A stretch of DNA of 64,000 nucleotides from a virus (taxonomy: Duplodnaviria > Caudoviricetes). The first letter of the stretch is position 1, and every line of letters begins with the position of its first letter. Below, in pieces: positions 47,740-58,270 of this stretch. The stretch is from IMG/VR virus record IMGVR_UViG_3300006153_000012, positions 14,045-78,044 of that record. One strand, given 5' to 3'. The position numbers were made by a program, and so were the translations under genes. The notes below the pieces were generated by a model that saw nothing but the letters and a program-made list of their open reading frames with translations, was not told the DNA's origin and searched no databases.

Positions 47740-48690
47740 TTAGGCAGTCAAACCTAATTCCTTTTCTAAAATACTTTCTATTTTATCAAAATCCCAATAC
47801 CAAATTTCTATAAGTTTAATGTTGTGATCCTTTGCGTATTGCCTTTTTCGTTTATCATGTTCTTGTTGCATAATTAGCTTTTCTATTGTTTGGCACTTGT
47901 TCAATAAACTTCCATCATGATATTGTCCTTGGTATTCTAAAAGAATATTATTTTTAGGAAAATAAAAGTCATAAAATAAAATACCATTATTAACACCAAT
48001 TAGGTCGTCATATGATTTTTGCCATACATAATCAATACTTTTGTTTATGCAAAAATTTCTTATTTTTAGTTCTGCCTTAGAAATATTACAAAATGGACAT
48101 CCCTGCCCTTGTATGAAATTATTTGCTTTCATTTCAAATTTATTTCCACAAACTAAATGTTTTATCAAAATCTTTTCACAAGAAAGATTATATTTTGAAA
48201 GTAGTACATATTCTCCTTGACTTCTATTATCAAATTTTTCTTTAAAAGATTTTTGATTGTCTCTCAATTTATTTGATATTCTATTATGTAAGCAATCTTT
48301 GTTTGTACACCTACATCCATTATTAATAAATTTAGTTGGTTTCATAAGAAAATCAGTATTACAAACATTGTGATGAAATATAACATTTTTATATCTACCT
48401 TTATATTTTGATTTTACTGTATATTCTTTACCTACTAAATTATAAATTTCTGCTTTAAAATCATCATCAGTCATTAGCTGATTTTTTGATAATCGTAAAC
48501 TTTTACAAAATGGACATTGTTGTCCGCTTAATATATTTGATGGTGTCATATCAAAATTTTTATTACAAGTATTATGCCTAATTTTTATTTTTGTTTTCGC
48601 ATTAACATATTTCCCAATTACTGAATATTCTTTGTCATACTTTTCTTTAATTTCTTTTACAAATTCCTCTTGAGTTTTCCTTTTTGACAT
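47740..48690 (-). CDS. Zn-ribbon-repeat (DUF723-like) + Vsr-like endonuclease, free-standing homing-endonuclease-like
   Basis: Three HxxCxxxFxMxP..GxxCP repeats; YDFY..LLEYQGQYH..IEIWYW. Confidence 0.7.
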   Translation of the reverse strand: MSKRKTQEEFVKEIKEKYDKEYSVIGKYVNAKTKIKIRHNTCNKNFDMTPSNILSGQQCPFCKSLRLSKNQLMTDDDFKAEIYNLVGKEYTVKSKYKGRYKNVIFHHNVCNTDFLMKPTKFINNGCRCTNKDCLHNRISNKLRDNQKSFKEKFDNRSQGEYVLLSKYNLSCEKILIKHLVCGNKFEMKANNFIQGQGCPFCNISKAELKIRNFCINKSIDYVWQKSYDDLIGVNNGILFYDFYFPKNNILLEYQGQYHDGSLLNKCQTIEKLIMQQEHDKRKRQYAKDHNIKLIEIWYWDFDKIESILEKELGLTA

Positions 48691-48717
48691 TTTGTAACAA
48701 CTCCTTCGTAACAATTT

Positions 48718-48900
48718 TTATGAAATAAGATATATATTCTTGTCTATATTCCATTTCTCTAAATTTTTGTTTAATAGTTCTGTTTTCGCAAACAAAAAGA
48801 CCAAAAATCCTTTTGATTTCTGGTCTGTATCAATCTTTATAACTGGATTTCCATTTTCAATTAAATAATTTGCTAATCGCTTACTCTTGCAGACAAACAA
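48718..48900 (-). CDS. Small phage protein
   Basis: 60 aa with GAGGTG RBS. Confidence 0.55.
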   Translation of the reverse strand: MFVCKSKRLANYLIENGNPVIKIDTDQKSKGFLVFLFAKTELLNKNLEKWNIDKNIYLIS

Positions 48901-48918
48901 AATGATTCACCTCATGCC

Positions 48919-49194
48919 CTATACATTTACGATACTTTTTAAAGTTTTTGACGCTTTAAACTTTGGAGATTTAGAAGCTGGGATAGTAATTGTATCTCCA
49001 GTAGCCGGATTCCGACCCTGACGTTCTGCACGTTCTACAACTTCAAAAGTTCCGAAACCAACCAACTGTACCTTATCACCATCTACAAGCGCATCTGCAA
49101 CAACATTAGTAAACGCATTGATTACCTTCTCGACATCTTTCTTGGAAATTTCACTCTTTGAAGCAACTGCTCCGATTAATTCAACTTTATTCAT
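48919..49194 (-). CDS. hup: HU DNA-binding protein
   Basis: MNKVELI..VQLVGFGTFEV..RQGRNPATG..PKFKASK. Confidence 0.95.
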   Translation of the reverse strand: MNKVELIGAVASKSEISKKDVEKVINAFTNVVADALVDGDKVQLVGFGTFEVVERAERQGRNPATGDTITIPASKSPKFKASKTLKSIVNV

Positions 49195-49383
49195 AATTTT
49201 TAAATCCTTTCATTTTTAAATTAAAATAGGAGAGCAGTAGTCCACTCTCCAACGCATGTGTTTGTGGCTTTTTCAATCAAAAATAATCGCCCACTCGTGA
49301 CGATTTTGTTTGTTAAATAATATTTCATAACTTTCCACTCTGTAGTACAATAATATCATCACACAAGAGAGGAGATGAGCAAT

Positions 49384-49515
49384 ATGGCGACTACAGGAGA
49401 AAAGCCAGGATCAGGTACATATACCTGTGATAATTGCGGACAGGTGGTTGTATTGGATGATAACACAGATACGTTACCTCCTTGCCCGAAATGTAATGGT
49501 ACAGAGTATCATTAA
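49384..49515 (+). CDS. 43-aa zinc-ribbon protein
   Basis: MATTGEKPGSGTYTCDNCGQ..LPPCPKC; GAGGAG RBS. Confidence 0.65.
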   Translation: MATTGEKPGSGTYTCDNCGQVVVLDDNTDTLPPCPKCNGTEYH

Positions 49516-49692
49516 TCCGCAAGTTTAAAATGTTTAATATTGAAAGGTTTGCAAAACCATTGAGTCCAAATATCGAGATATCGTTCTCCTGTTTGGACTC
49601 GATATTTTGTATAATAGGTTAGAGGTAATAACTGTTTTATATAAAATAAAAATTTATTCATAAATCCTCCGCTTGAAATTAGTAATTCGTGG

Positions 49693-50679
49693 CTAATCTA
49701 ATACAATAACTTTTGTTTTATCTTTTATAATATTTCCGTTCTTGTCCTGGCACACAATAGCAAATCCCATTTTCTGAGGTTTTTGCAATCTACCGTCAGA
49801 ATATCTCATTTTGTTTACATCACAAAAAGCACCTTGTTCAAGTAATCTAATATATCCTTTTTCAGAATCGCCAACAGAGTGAGTATGAGCCATTACAACT
49901 GTATCGAAAGACTCTTTATCTGTATCCTGTAAGTAATCTTTTGCCTTATCCGCTGTTGCAAGAATACCAGAACGATAAGCTAATGGATGAACAAACCATG
50001 TTTTGCCAATTTTAACTTTCCAATCATCTACAAACTTAATGTCAATTCCACTATCTTCAAAAACATCTGTTAAAGGAGAATAGTGTGTTTTGGTTTTATT
50101 AATCTTGTCGTAATTTTTAAATCCATCTTCAAAAATAAGTTCCAAAGATGTATTTGGCTGCAATTGTAAGATATCTGTATCTAAATTTTTAGCAAAATAG
50201 TTGGCAAATCTGATATCATGATTTCCATAATTACATACAACCTTTTTGGGATTGATATACTTAATCAGATCAATCAAATACTGTCTACCTTGTATCATTT
50301 CACCTATAGGAGAAATGCGATATTGTTTAGAAAATTTTGACAAGGCTTGACAATCAACCACATCACCATTAATCTGTAAAATATCAACATTCCTATATTT
50401 TTCAAGCAATGTATAATCTAACTGGAATGGAACATGTAAATCAGATATTGATAGAATAGAAGTAGCAACAGAATTAAAACCATGGATATAATTATCATAT
50501 TCTTCATAACCAACCGCTTGTTTACGAAGCTGATCTGGTGTAATGTCCAAACCGAGCATATCACGAATTTCAATCCAGTCCATATCTGTTTCTTTTCGTC
50601 TTTTGGCAAGACAACAGCGAATTTGCCATGCCATCATATCCTCGTTTTCTAATCTATGTAAGTCAGTAATTGTAGTCAC
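49693..50679 (-). CDS. Metallophosphoesterase
   Basis: SDLH, GDVVD, GNHD, HP, AHTH motifs. Confidence 0.85.
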   Translation of the reverse strand: MTTITDLHRLENEDMMAWQIRCCLAKRRKETDMDWIEIRDMLGLDITPDQLRKQAVGYEEYDNYIHGFNSVATSILSISDLHVPFQLDYTLLEKYRNVDILQINGDVVDCQALSKFSKQYRISPIGEMIQGRQYLIDLIKYINPKKVVCNYGNHDIRFANYFAKNLDTDILQLQPNTSLELIFEDGFKNYDKINKTKTHYSPLTDVFEDSGIDIKFVDDWKVKIGKTWFVHPLAYRSGILATADKAKDYLQDTDKESFDTVVMAHTHSVGDSEKGYIRLLEQGAFCDVNKMRYSDGRLQKPQKMGFAIVCQDKNGNIIKDKTKVIVLD

Positions 50680-50685
50680 CTACTT

Positions 50686-50916
50686 TCAATCTTCATCAAA
50701 CATTGAACTAGAAATTGGAGCTGCACCACCTAATTTTAGATCAATAGCCTGTCCAACATACTGTTTAAACATATTTACAATACTAATAGGAGCGTCAAAT
50801 GCTTCCTCATTCACTAAAACTAATTCGCCATTGATTTCCTCAACTCTTGCACCTACAATATTTTCAATTGTTTGGTGTGTATTATCTAATTTTGCCATTT
50901 GAAATCTTCCTTTCAT
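50686..50916 (-). CDS. Small SPbeta-like phage protein (YonK-like)
   Basis: Short acidic ORF coupled to phosphoesterase; family call from recall only. Confidence 0.45.
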   Translation of the reverse strand: MKGRFQMAKLDNTHQTIENIVGARVEEINGELVLVNEEAFDAPISIVNMFKQYVGQAIDLKLGGAAPISSSMFDED

Positions 50917-51019
50917 TCATACTTATATTTTATATTTTTCAACACTTATATTTGCAATTTGCGGGCTATTAACGATGAGCCTTGCAACGGAGGACTGTTT
51001 TATAAAACAGACAAAATAG

Positions 51020-51092
51020 TAGCAGATACGGGATTTGAACCCGTGTACAACGGTTATGAGCCGTTCGTGGAACCACTCCATCTTAATCTGCG
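51020..51092 (-). tRNA. tRNA with CAU anticodon (Met or Ile2)
   Basis: AACGG-CTCATAA-CCGTT anticodon arm; CGGG-TTCAAAT-CCCG T-arm; GCAGAT/ATCTGC acceptor. Confidence 0.75.
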
Positions 51093-51572
51093 ATATAATA
51101 AAAAGAACAAGTGATGATACCTTTAGGACGAAAGCACCACCACCTGTATAAGAAATGTATTTATTTTTTGTAGCCATTACAGCCATGTACAAACCTAATC
51201 GCCAATTACATAACACGAATAAAACTTGGTCATGGGTTTTATCGAATTTTAGTAATTATATTTTAAACTTTATAAATAAAGAATTTTGACAAATGAGTTT
51301 TAAGTTTTGAATGCTGATTTTTGAATTTTTATTACCATTAATATTTACATAAATATTTATTGAGTAGTAGATGTTATCTCAATAACCAGTATATGTAAAT
51401 TTATCATTTCTTGATAAATTTCATTCCATATTCTATCGAATATTCCTATATAATATTGGAGTTTTATTCGTTAGAAAGCATTAAACTTTCCTTTTTTTTG
51501 CCTATGATGTCCTGCATAGGCTACAGGATGTAAGTTTTAGGTTTTCGTAATAACTACAATATAGTTCAAAAA

Positions 51573-52213
51573 TTAAAAATCTATTTCAATGAAAGTTGTT
51601 GCATTAGAAAGAACAAGTACCGTATCTACATTGGATTTAAAACCATCAATATCCGCTTCAAGCGCCTGAATCTTTTCATATAACCCAAGAGGATATATAA
51701 ATTCAAACTCGTTTTTCTCTCTATAGGGTTTTTCTACAGCCTCTTGATCTTCCTTGCTTAGTTTTTTATCAGAATCTTTTCCAACAAGAGTAGTAAGTAA
51801 ATCATCAACCTTTGCATCCACTTTCTTGTTTTCCTTATCAACAGTGAAAGTGGCATTTGCATACTGACGTTTCATTTCATTAAGTAATGTTTCATCATAC
51901 TCAATAGAATTTTTACGTTCAATAGCCTCTGCAACAGTCATAACCTTATCATCAACAGTAACTTCTGTGATGGCATTTGATTTTACAACGGCAGATTTCA
52001 GAGTGTTTCTATTTGCAATTAAATCAGTGGCAGACTGGTAAGATGCTTTTGCACGTTCCTCAAAATCTTCCTTCTTTACTACACCAACTTTGTCAGAAGA
52101 CTTTTTAGCTGCTCCACAAAGAGTAGCGTTAGTAATTGCCTTTGTGATTTTTGAATCATATAACTTTAGTACTTTAGTTCATTAAGTGCCTCTGTAATAC
52201 TAATTTTTCTCAT
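51573..52213 (-). pseudogene. Coiled-coil phage protein frameshifted by 8-nt tandem duplication
   Basis: MRKISITEALNELK then ACTTTAGT x2 (52163-52178); removing one copy gives a continuous ORF into MTVAEAIERK. Confidence 0.75.
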
Positions 52214-52296
52214 ATCCCATACTCCTTTTCATAATTCAATATATTTTCAGTTACATTTACTATTTCCCTCTTTTATTACCAAAGGAAAGATAAATT

Positions 52297-52620
52297 TTAT
52301 TCTCTATTAAATAAATATTGATTAACCTGTCCATTGTAATATTTTGATAAACATGCTTTCACATTTACATGTTCTGGACAATTTATATTTTGAAACATTC
52401 CTTTGGAATATTTTTTTCCTTTTATGTATTTCCTATTTATATTAATACCATTAAATAATTTAATATTTACTTCTTCAGATGGGTTGATAGAAGATAAGTA
52501 GTCGAAAATAATATTCTCTGCCGATTTTAATATTTTACGGACTGTCGCTACATCAATATCTTCTTTAGTTGCTATTTGATTTATTAAAACATCTTGTGTA
52601 ACATTCAAATAACCTCTCAA
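52297..52620 (-). CDS. Divergent HU/IHF-like protein
   Basis: LINQIATKED..VRKILKS..IKLFNG HU-like fold pattern. Confidence 0.6.
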   Translation of the reverse strand: MRGYLNVTQDVLINQIATKEDIDVATVRKILKSAENIIFDYLSSINPSEEVNIKLFNGININRKYIKGKKYSKGMFQNINCPEHVNVKACLSKYYNGQVNQYLFNRE

Positions 52621-52831
52621 CCTCCAATCTGATATCGAATTCGATTATAAAGAATCATATCTTTCTTTGTAAAATTTAACATTCAATACCTCCGTATTTT
52701 GTTATATGTGCGATATGATTATTCTTTTCTCTTATACGCACAAAACTTCTATCGTTATTTACGGATGAAAAATAAAAATTAAAATAAATTAATCCGTAAA
52801 TAACGATTGGAAAAATAGCAGTTTGCTAATT

Positions 52832-55564
52832 CTAGTTTTTATGCTTATGCCAGTATTCGCGTTTTATTCTCTTGTTTTCTTCATGTTGACACTGGGGACA
52901 ACGATAAGTTTTATTGTCTTTTACATCAATTTCAATCCACTCTCCACAATCAATACATTGAATAAACTTAGTTTTTCTTACTTCAATATTATTCTCCAGA
53001 TTATTAACGACATATTGCCCATAACAAAACCACAATAACTGTTTATATCGCTTACCTTTGCCATATAAATGTTCTACTAACATATCTGTAATAGTTTCTT
53101 CTGAATATCCAAACTTTGAAAATTCATTACGAATTTTACAAGCAATATATCTGAGGTTGTCTATATATTCATCTTTCATATTGATCATGTAACGATATTG
53201 CTTATTCAATTCATCATATAGGTCAGATACTTCTTTACTACAAATAATCTGAGGATTAGACATCATATACTTATAATTGATACTATCCAACTTCAATCTA
53301 CGAGTATTTATAGGCTTATTTGGAATTCTATCATATACTTTATTGACAAAACTCCCATTGCGTTTTTTAACTTGTGATTTTTCTTTATCCTTTGCATATT
53401 CAAAGAAAGCTGGTAACTTGCAGTTGGTATATTTTGATACAACAGGATCAAACCATTCTGCACGTTCTGGCATATATAATGTTTTTGCTGCGTCTATACA
53501 GAAGTTATTTTCCATACATAGCAGTTTTACAATGTCAATAGCTTCTTGTCTTTCTTGATCGGTGCCACTAATAAAAACATCGTGATTCCATATTTTAGAA
53601 ATATCATTACTATATAAACCAATATTGCCGCTTGTAAACGCTTTGTTTAAACCAGCATAAATTGTTTTATTATTCAATTCTGTCGGCTCTGCTTTTCTCA
53701 TGTTATAATAAAGTGGAACAATACCATTCATATTTCTTTCTGCAATTTTAACAAAATCTGGTTGAGCAACAACAAGTGAACGATCTCCGTCAACATCAAA
53801 TTGTAGAATCTTACTTATTAAATCATGTGTGCTGGTATAAACAGCATCAGTTGTAAACCATTCCCTAATATACTTTGTTCTGTCTTCATAAACTTCATTA
53901 GCAACATTGAAACGAATGGCATGTTCTTTATACAGATGGGGACTCCTTAGACAATCCAATTTTTCATATCGCCTAAATAGCCAACAAAACACTTCTTTAT
54001 CACTTAATAAGCCAGTAGGTGTATTGATATGTCCAAACCAATATTCACAAGCAGCATAGAAATCAGGAAGTAAAAATGTATATTTACCATTAACTTCTAA
54101 TTTGCCACTACGATATTTCTTTAAAAGACTGTTTTTTACTTCACGGATTACATCTTTAGCATATGAATCATTAAGTAGAGCAGGATACATTTTCACTGCC
54201 TTTTGAAAAGCAGTCATATTTGTGTTATATGGTGTAATACCTAAAATCTCCATCATAGTATCTTTAGAACTACATACATTACTAATCCGTTCTACTGATT
54301 TCTGTGTAAGTAAATCAATCTCATCATCAGTAATGTTAGTAAGAGTCTGAAGCATCTGGTAATTTATCTTTGCATTTTTAATTTTGTCTTCTTCAATATT
54401 GCATTTACCGGCACTACAATCATATTTTTTGAAATACTCTTTATATTCATCCCATGAGTCATAATATTTTCCCATCTTGAACTGACTTTTTGTAAAGATA
54501 ACCTGTATATCCTCTTTGATAACATCATGCTCCTGACCATAAATATCTGTGATAATAGGAGAGTAGTCATTAACTTCAATGAATTTCCTGAAATTAAACA
54601 CACCTAATAATCCCTTAATCCAGGGCGCACGGAACATAAAGTTTTTCGCGGAAACAGATGGAAGAATCATACCTACCCCATCCGTATGAGGAATTGGTAC
54701 ATAATCTGTTTTCCTTGTTATGGAATAATCAGTTTCGTCAACAAAGTCAAAAGTACCATACACATCAGTCTCAAAATCATCAATCACAATAGATTTATCA
54801 ATATCAAATTCTTTCCACTCATCAGTAGCAGAGTTAGTTAAAGCCATATATGCCAAGTGTTTATTAACATTATTACCGCCCTTTGAATTAATTTTATCTA
54901 TTGTAAGACCACACATAACTGTCTTTTCTATCTGATTCCATACAGATTCCTTAATAAACACTGCCTTCTTTTTGCGAATCTGTCCTGCCGAAGATGTAAA
55001 ATATTTATATTTCTCGCCTTTATATGTAAACCCGTAAAAAGATATATCTTTGAATACGTCAAAATAATAAACCTGTACCACAATCAAAGCATCAGTCAAC
55101 TCATCTTGTTTAATGCCAATAGTCCTGCTCAGAGCAGAATCAAAAACTGATATTATATTCGTATCATTCAAACTATTTTCTTTTATGGTGCGAAGATGAT
55201 CTTTTCCATCCGTCAACTCATTTTGATTCACTTTATTAGATAAAATAGTAAGTAATTTTTCTTTTGATTCCTTCGCCTTTTCTCGTTTATGTTTAATCAA
55301 TCTTGACCAATGTAAATATTCAGAAACAGTGTTATAAGAAGACTCAATGATGTCAACTTCTTCTGTTTTATCATTTTTCAGATTTTTAATATCCTCTTTT
55401 GTATATCCAAATTGTTTTAACTTCTTTTCAATTTCGGGTAGTTTATTCTGGATATAGTTACGCTCTCTACGATATTTACAATTCATATCATGCAAATATT
55501 TCTCATGGTTACTGTAAAAATGTCCAGTATCTACAGAATACATATTGTATTGTTTATCTAGCAA
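52832..55564 (-). CDS. YonO-like single-subunit (double-psi-barrel) phage RNA polymerase
   Basis: 910 aa; LRSPH and ILQFDVDGD (DxDGD) catalytic motif; SPbeta-like context. Confidence 0.85.
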   Translation of the reverse strand: MLDKQYNMYSVDTGHFYSNHEKYLHDMNCKYRRERNYIQNKLPEIEKKLKQFGYTKEDIKNLKNDKTEEVDIIESSYNTVSEYLHWSRLIKHKREKAKESKEKLLTILSNKVNQNELTDGKDHLRTIKENSLNDTNIISVFDSALSRTIGIKQDELTDALIVVQVYYFDVFKDISFYGFTYKGEKYKYFTSSAGQIRKKKAVFIKESVWNQIEKTVMCGLTIDKINSKGGNNVNKHLAYMALTNSATDEWKEFDIDKSIVIDDFETDVYGTFDFVDETDYSITRKTDYVPIPHTDGVGMILPSVSAKNFMFRAPWIKGLLGVFNFRKFIEVNDYSPIITDIYGQEHDVIKEDIQVIFTKSQFKMGKYYDSWDEYKEYFKKYDCSAGKCNIEEDKIKNAKINYQMLQTLTNITDDEIDLLTQKSVERISNVCSSKDTMMEILGITPYNTNMTAFQKAVKMYPALLNDSYAKDVIREVKNSLLKKYRSGKLEVNGKYTFLLPDFYAACEYWFGHINTPTGLLSDKEVFCWLFRRYEKLDCLRSPHLYKEHAIRFNVANEVYEDRTKYIREWFTTDAVYTSTHDLISKILQFDVDGDRSLVVAQPDFVKIAERNMNGIVPLYYNMRKAEPTELNNKTIYAGLNKAFTSGNIGLYSNDISKIWNHDVFISGTDQERQEAIDIVKLLCMENNFCIDAAKTLYMPERAEWFDPVVSKYTNCKLPAFFEYAKDKEKSQVKKRNGSFVNKVYDRIPNKPINTRRLKLDSINYKYMMSNPQIICSKEVSDLYDELNKQYRYMINMKDEYIDNLRYIACKIRNEFSKFGYSEETITDMLVEHLYGKGKRYKQLLWFCYGQYVVNNLENNIEVRKTKFIQCIDCGEWIEIDVKDNKTYRCPQCQHEENKRIKREYWHKHKN

Positions 55565-55576
55565 TTCGCACCTCCA

Positions 55577-56389
55577 TTAAATTCCATTACATTCCCAAAA
55601 ATCTTCCATAGAATCATATCCATGACCTACAATCGAATCACAAAACATTTCATATCCACAAAAAGAATCATCTGCAACATTGCGACAACTATCATAATTA
55701 TCACAATCTGCACACAACGGAATTTGTTCAGAAGAGTATTCGCTATCTTCACAATTTTCATATTTACATTGTGCCCAATGTTTTATAAAATCATCTTCGT
55801 CAGATATTTTTTCTTCTTCAGTTCTTGTATCATATTTGTCAAGACATTCTTCACATATACTATTTGAAAAATCATCACCCCATATAATACAATCTTCACA
55901 AAAATACTCGTGACAATCATAACAAAATGGAATTTCATAACTATCATATAGTAAATCTTTGTCTTGCTGTTCATTTGTAATTAATGGTGTTACATTTTCT
56001 CTATACTCATCTAAATCATTAAATGTATATCCAATTAATTTTCCACAACAATGGCAATATAGAGGTTCCCTTTTAGTTATAATAGGATAAGATGACTGAA
56101 GCATTTCAAATACTTTTGACAAGATGTTTCTGCTGCCTTTAAAAATATTTGCGTAATATCCATCATTTAATACATAACAATTTTTGAAAAATTGTTGCGT
56201 ATATATGAAATTAATACTAACGGACAAATTATTATGATTAATACATAATTCAATAAATTCATTCTCTTTAAAATCTATATTAATTCTATATTCTTTTGTA
56301 TTGAAAAACGCGAATAAATCTTCTTTTAATTTACTAATATCATTTTTATAAAGATAAAACATGATACTTTTATATTTATACTTTTTCAT
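55577..56389 (-). CDS. Cys-rich hypothetical protein
   Basis: Multiple CxxC, acidic C-terminus. Confidence 0.6.
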   Translation of the reverse strand: MKKYKYKSIMFYLYKNDISKLKEDLFAFFNTKEYRINIDFKENEFIELCINHNNLSVSINFIYTQQFFKNCYVLNDGYYANIFKGSRNILSKVFEMLQSSYPIITKREPLYCHCCGKLIGYTFNDLDEYRENVTPLITNEQQDKDLLYDSYEIPFCYDCHEYFCEDCIIWGDDFSNSICEECLDKYDTRTEEEKISDEDDFIKHWAQCKYENCEDSEYSSEQIPLCADCDNYDSCRNVADDSFCGYEMFCDSIVGHGYDSMEDFWECNGI

Positions 56390-56424
56390 CTAAACACCTT
56401 TCTTTCACTGAACCAATGAAATTT

Positions 56425-56655
56425 CTAATCTATTGAGTTCATCATTTTAATATCGAATCCTAACCACTCCAATAACTCTCTCATTCCATAAAAACATTCA
56501 TAATGTCTATACTCACCATCTAAGTTTTCAATATATTCTTCTCCATCATAAATTCCTTCTCCACAAGAAGAACAGTAGTGTGAAGTTCTTGGTGATATAT
56601 AATTTGGACATCGTGAATCATGTCTGCCAGTTCTTCTGCAATATTCACAAGCCAT
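56425..56655 (-). CDS. Small Zn-binding protein
   Basis: CxxC..H..C, CxxC..HxxC. Confidence 0.6.
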   Translation of the reverse strand: MACEYCRRTGRHDSRCPNYISPRTSHYCSSCGEGIYDGEEYIENLDGEYRHYECFYGMRELLEWLGFDIKMMNSID

Positions 56656-57089
56656 TATGCAACACCTCCAATGCTATATTTCTCTATTCTTTCATGTACA
56701 TATCCATCGTTTGTTGTATAGTAAATATCCTTAATCCCCAAATCCTTTATGGCTGCCATACAGGAAGAGCATGGGCGAGATAATCCAAAAGGCTGATCCC
56801 GCCTAATCCGATATATGTACAACTTTACTTTTCCAAAATTTACATCCAAGTTCTTGATAGAGTTAATACAACTAATTTCAGCATGCAACTTTGGCAGCAT
56901 AGAACCAGACGATTTACGATATTTATTATACTTTTTTTGTATTGGATGGGTTTTATTGCAATTGCATCCGATTCCAATAATACTTCCATGATAAACAGCT
57001 ACACACCCAATATGAATTTTATGATAATCAGATATATTTGCTGTCTTCCTTGCCTTGTCAAAATATCTGTAATCACTCCTTGTTATCAT
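56655..57089 (-). CDS. Cytidine/deoxycytidylate deaminase family protein
   Basis: HAEISC and RPCSSC zinc motifs. Confidence 0.85.
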   Translation of the reverse strand: MITRSDYRYFDKARKTANISDYHKIHIGCVAVYHGSIIGIGCNCNKTHPIQKKYNKYRKSSGSMLPKLHAEISCINSIKNLDVNFGKVKLYIYRIRRDQPFGLSRPCSSCMAAIKDLGIKDIYYTTNDGYVHERIEKYSIGGVA

Positions 57090-57447
57090 TCAATTTCACC
57101 AATCTTTCCGTTTCAAACAGTTCATCCCCACGTTCAAAGCAGTGATAGGTATATTCAAATCGTTTGATATAATAGTCAAAGTATCCTGACAAACTTGCTT
57201 GTTCAACTATTCTGTAGATATTATCTTCAATTGTTTCTTTGGTTCCTGGGATATCCTGTGTATCAATTTCCTGCGAATCAATTTTGAAATCATCATCAAT
57301 ATCATCTCGTTTTAGCCACATTGAGAGTCGATATTTTTCTTTTCTTGAGTTATATTTATATGTACATTTTACTGAATAGCCTTCATATCCGCATATTGTT
57401 GGCAATTTTATCCTGATGGTATATCCTTCTTTAATTATTTTCTGCAT
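57073..57447 (-). CDS. Hypothetical protein
   Basis: GGAGGA RBS before MQKII. Confidence 0.6.
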   Translation of the reverse strand: MQKIIKEGYTIRIKLPTICGYEGYSVKCTYKYNSRKEKYRLSMWLKRDDIDDDFKIDSQEIDTQDIPGTKETIEDNIYRIVEQASLSGYFDYYIKRFEYTYHCFERGDELFETERLVKLNDNKE

Positions 57448-57581
57448 TTTATATCCTCCATAATCTAAGCTGTACGTTTGAATTTTCAAGTTAATTATTT
57501 TTGCTGATAATTTTATCATTGAATGTGTTGCAATTTTCTACACTAATATACACCATTCAATTTCTGGCAAATAACCGTATA

Positions 57582-57929
57582 TCATGTATGCTTACTGGCT
57601 TGGTATTTTCTCATACGTTCACCTGCAGCAATTTTCTGTTCCTCAGATAATTCTCTTTTCTTTGCACGGAAGCTGATCAGGGTTTTATCTTCCACACGAT
57701 AGGTCTTTCCTCTGCCAGTATCAGCGATGAGAGAGTACATGTCTGGGCTTGACTTACATAATTTATCTAACTTTGTCATATATGTAGTATCAGAAGTGTA
57801 AATTGTTGCATGGCCCTCATCTCTCATGAAGTTAACGCATACTTCCTGCTCTGAAACTGATACAGAATTAGATAATTTTGGTTCTTCAATATTGTCTTCA
57901 ACATCTATGTATCCAGATTTACTTGCCAT
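57582..57929 (-). CDS. Hypothetical phage protein
   Basis: 115 aa with AAGGA RBS. Confidence 0.65.
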   Translation of the reverse strand: MASKSGYIDVEDNIEEPKLSNSVSVSEQEVCVNFMRDEGHATIYTSDTTYMTKLDKLCKSSPDMYSLIADTGRGKTYRVEDKTLISFRAKKRELSEEQKIAAGERMRKYQASKHT

Positions 57930-58270
57930 AATATTTATTCCTTTCTACATCCTTTTTGCTCTTCTCACATTGCATATCAAATTTTCGGTCTTGTATGATA
58001 CGGTTAGCAATGACTGATCCGTTTATGTTATCTTTTCCTCTGTAATCTGTATTGTAATCTGATGGGTAAATAATTCCCCCAAATGTAGAGTGGTTTACTT
58101 TATAAATTTTGTATTTGCTATTTATTCCTGTCATTTGTTTCTGTAAGTTCTCCTTTTCTGTTTGATGAAACTTTATTTGATGATTTGGTTGATGTTTTAA
58201 TTGTCATAGTGCTTATTCTCCTTTTGGGGATAGGGTAGTGATGACGATGTAGTAGTTATGATATATATTC

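Noticed and set aside
20950-47740. Recurrent short hairpin + TTTTTTATT ahead of minus-strand genes as a special promoter motif
   Set aside because: Adequately explained as intrinsic terminators; stems share no sequence
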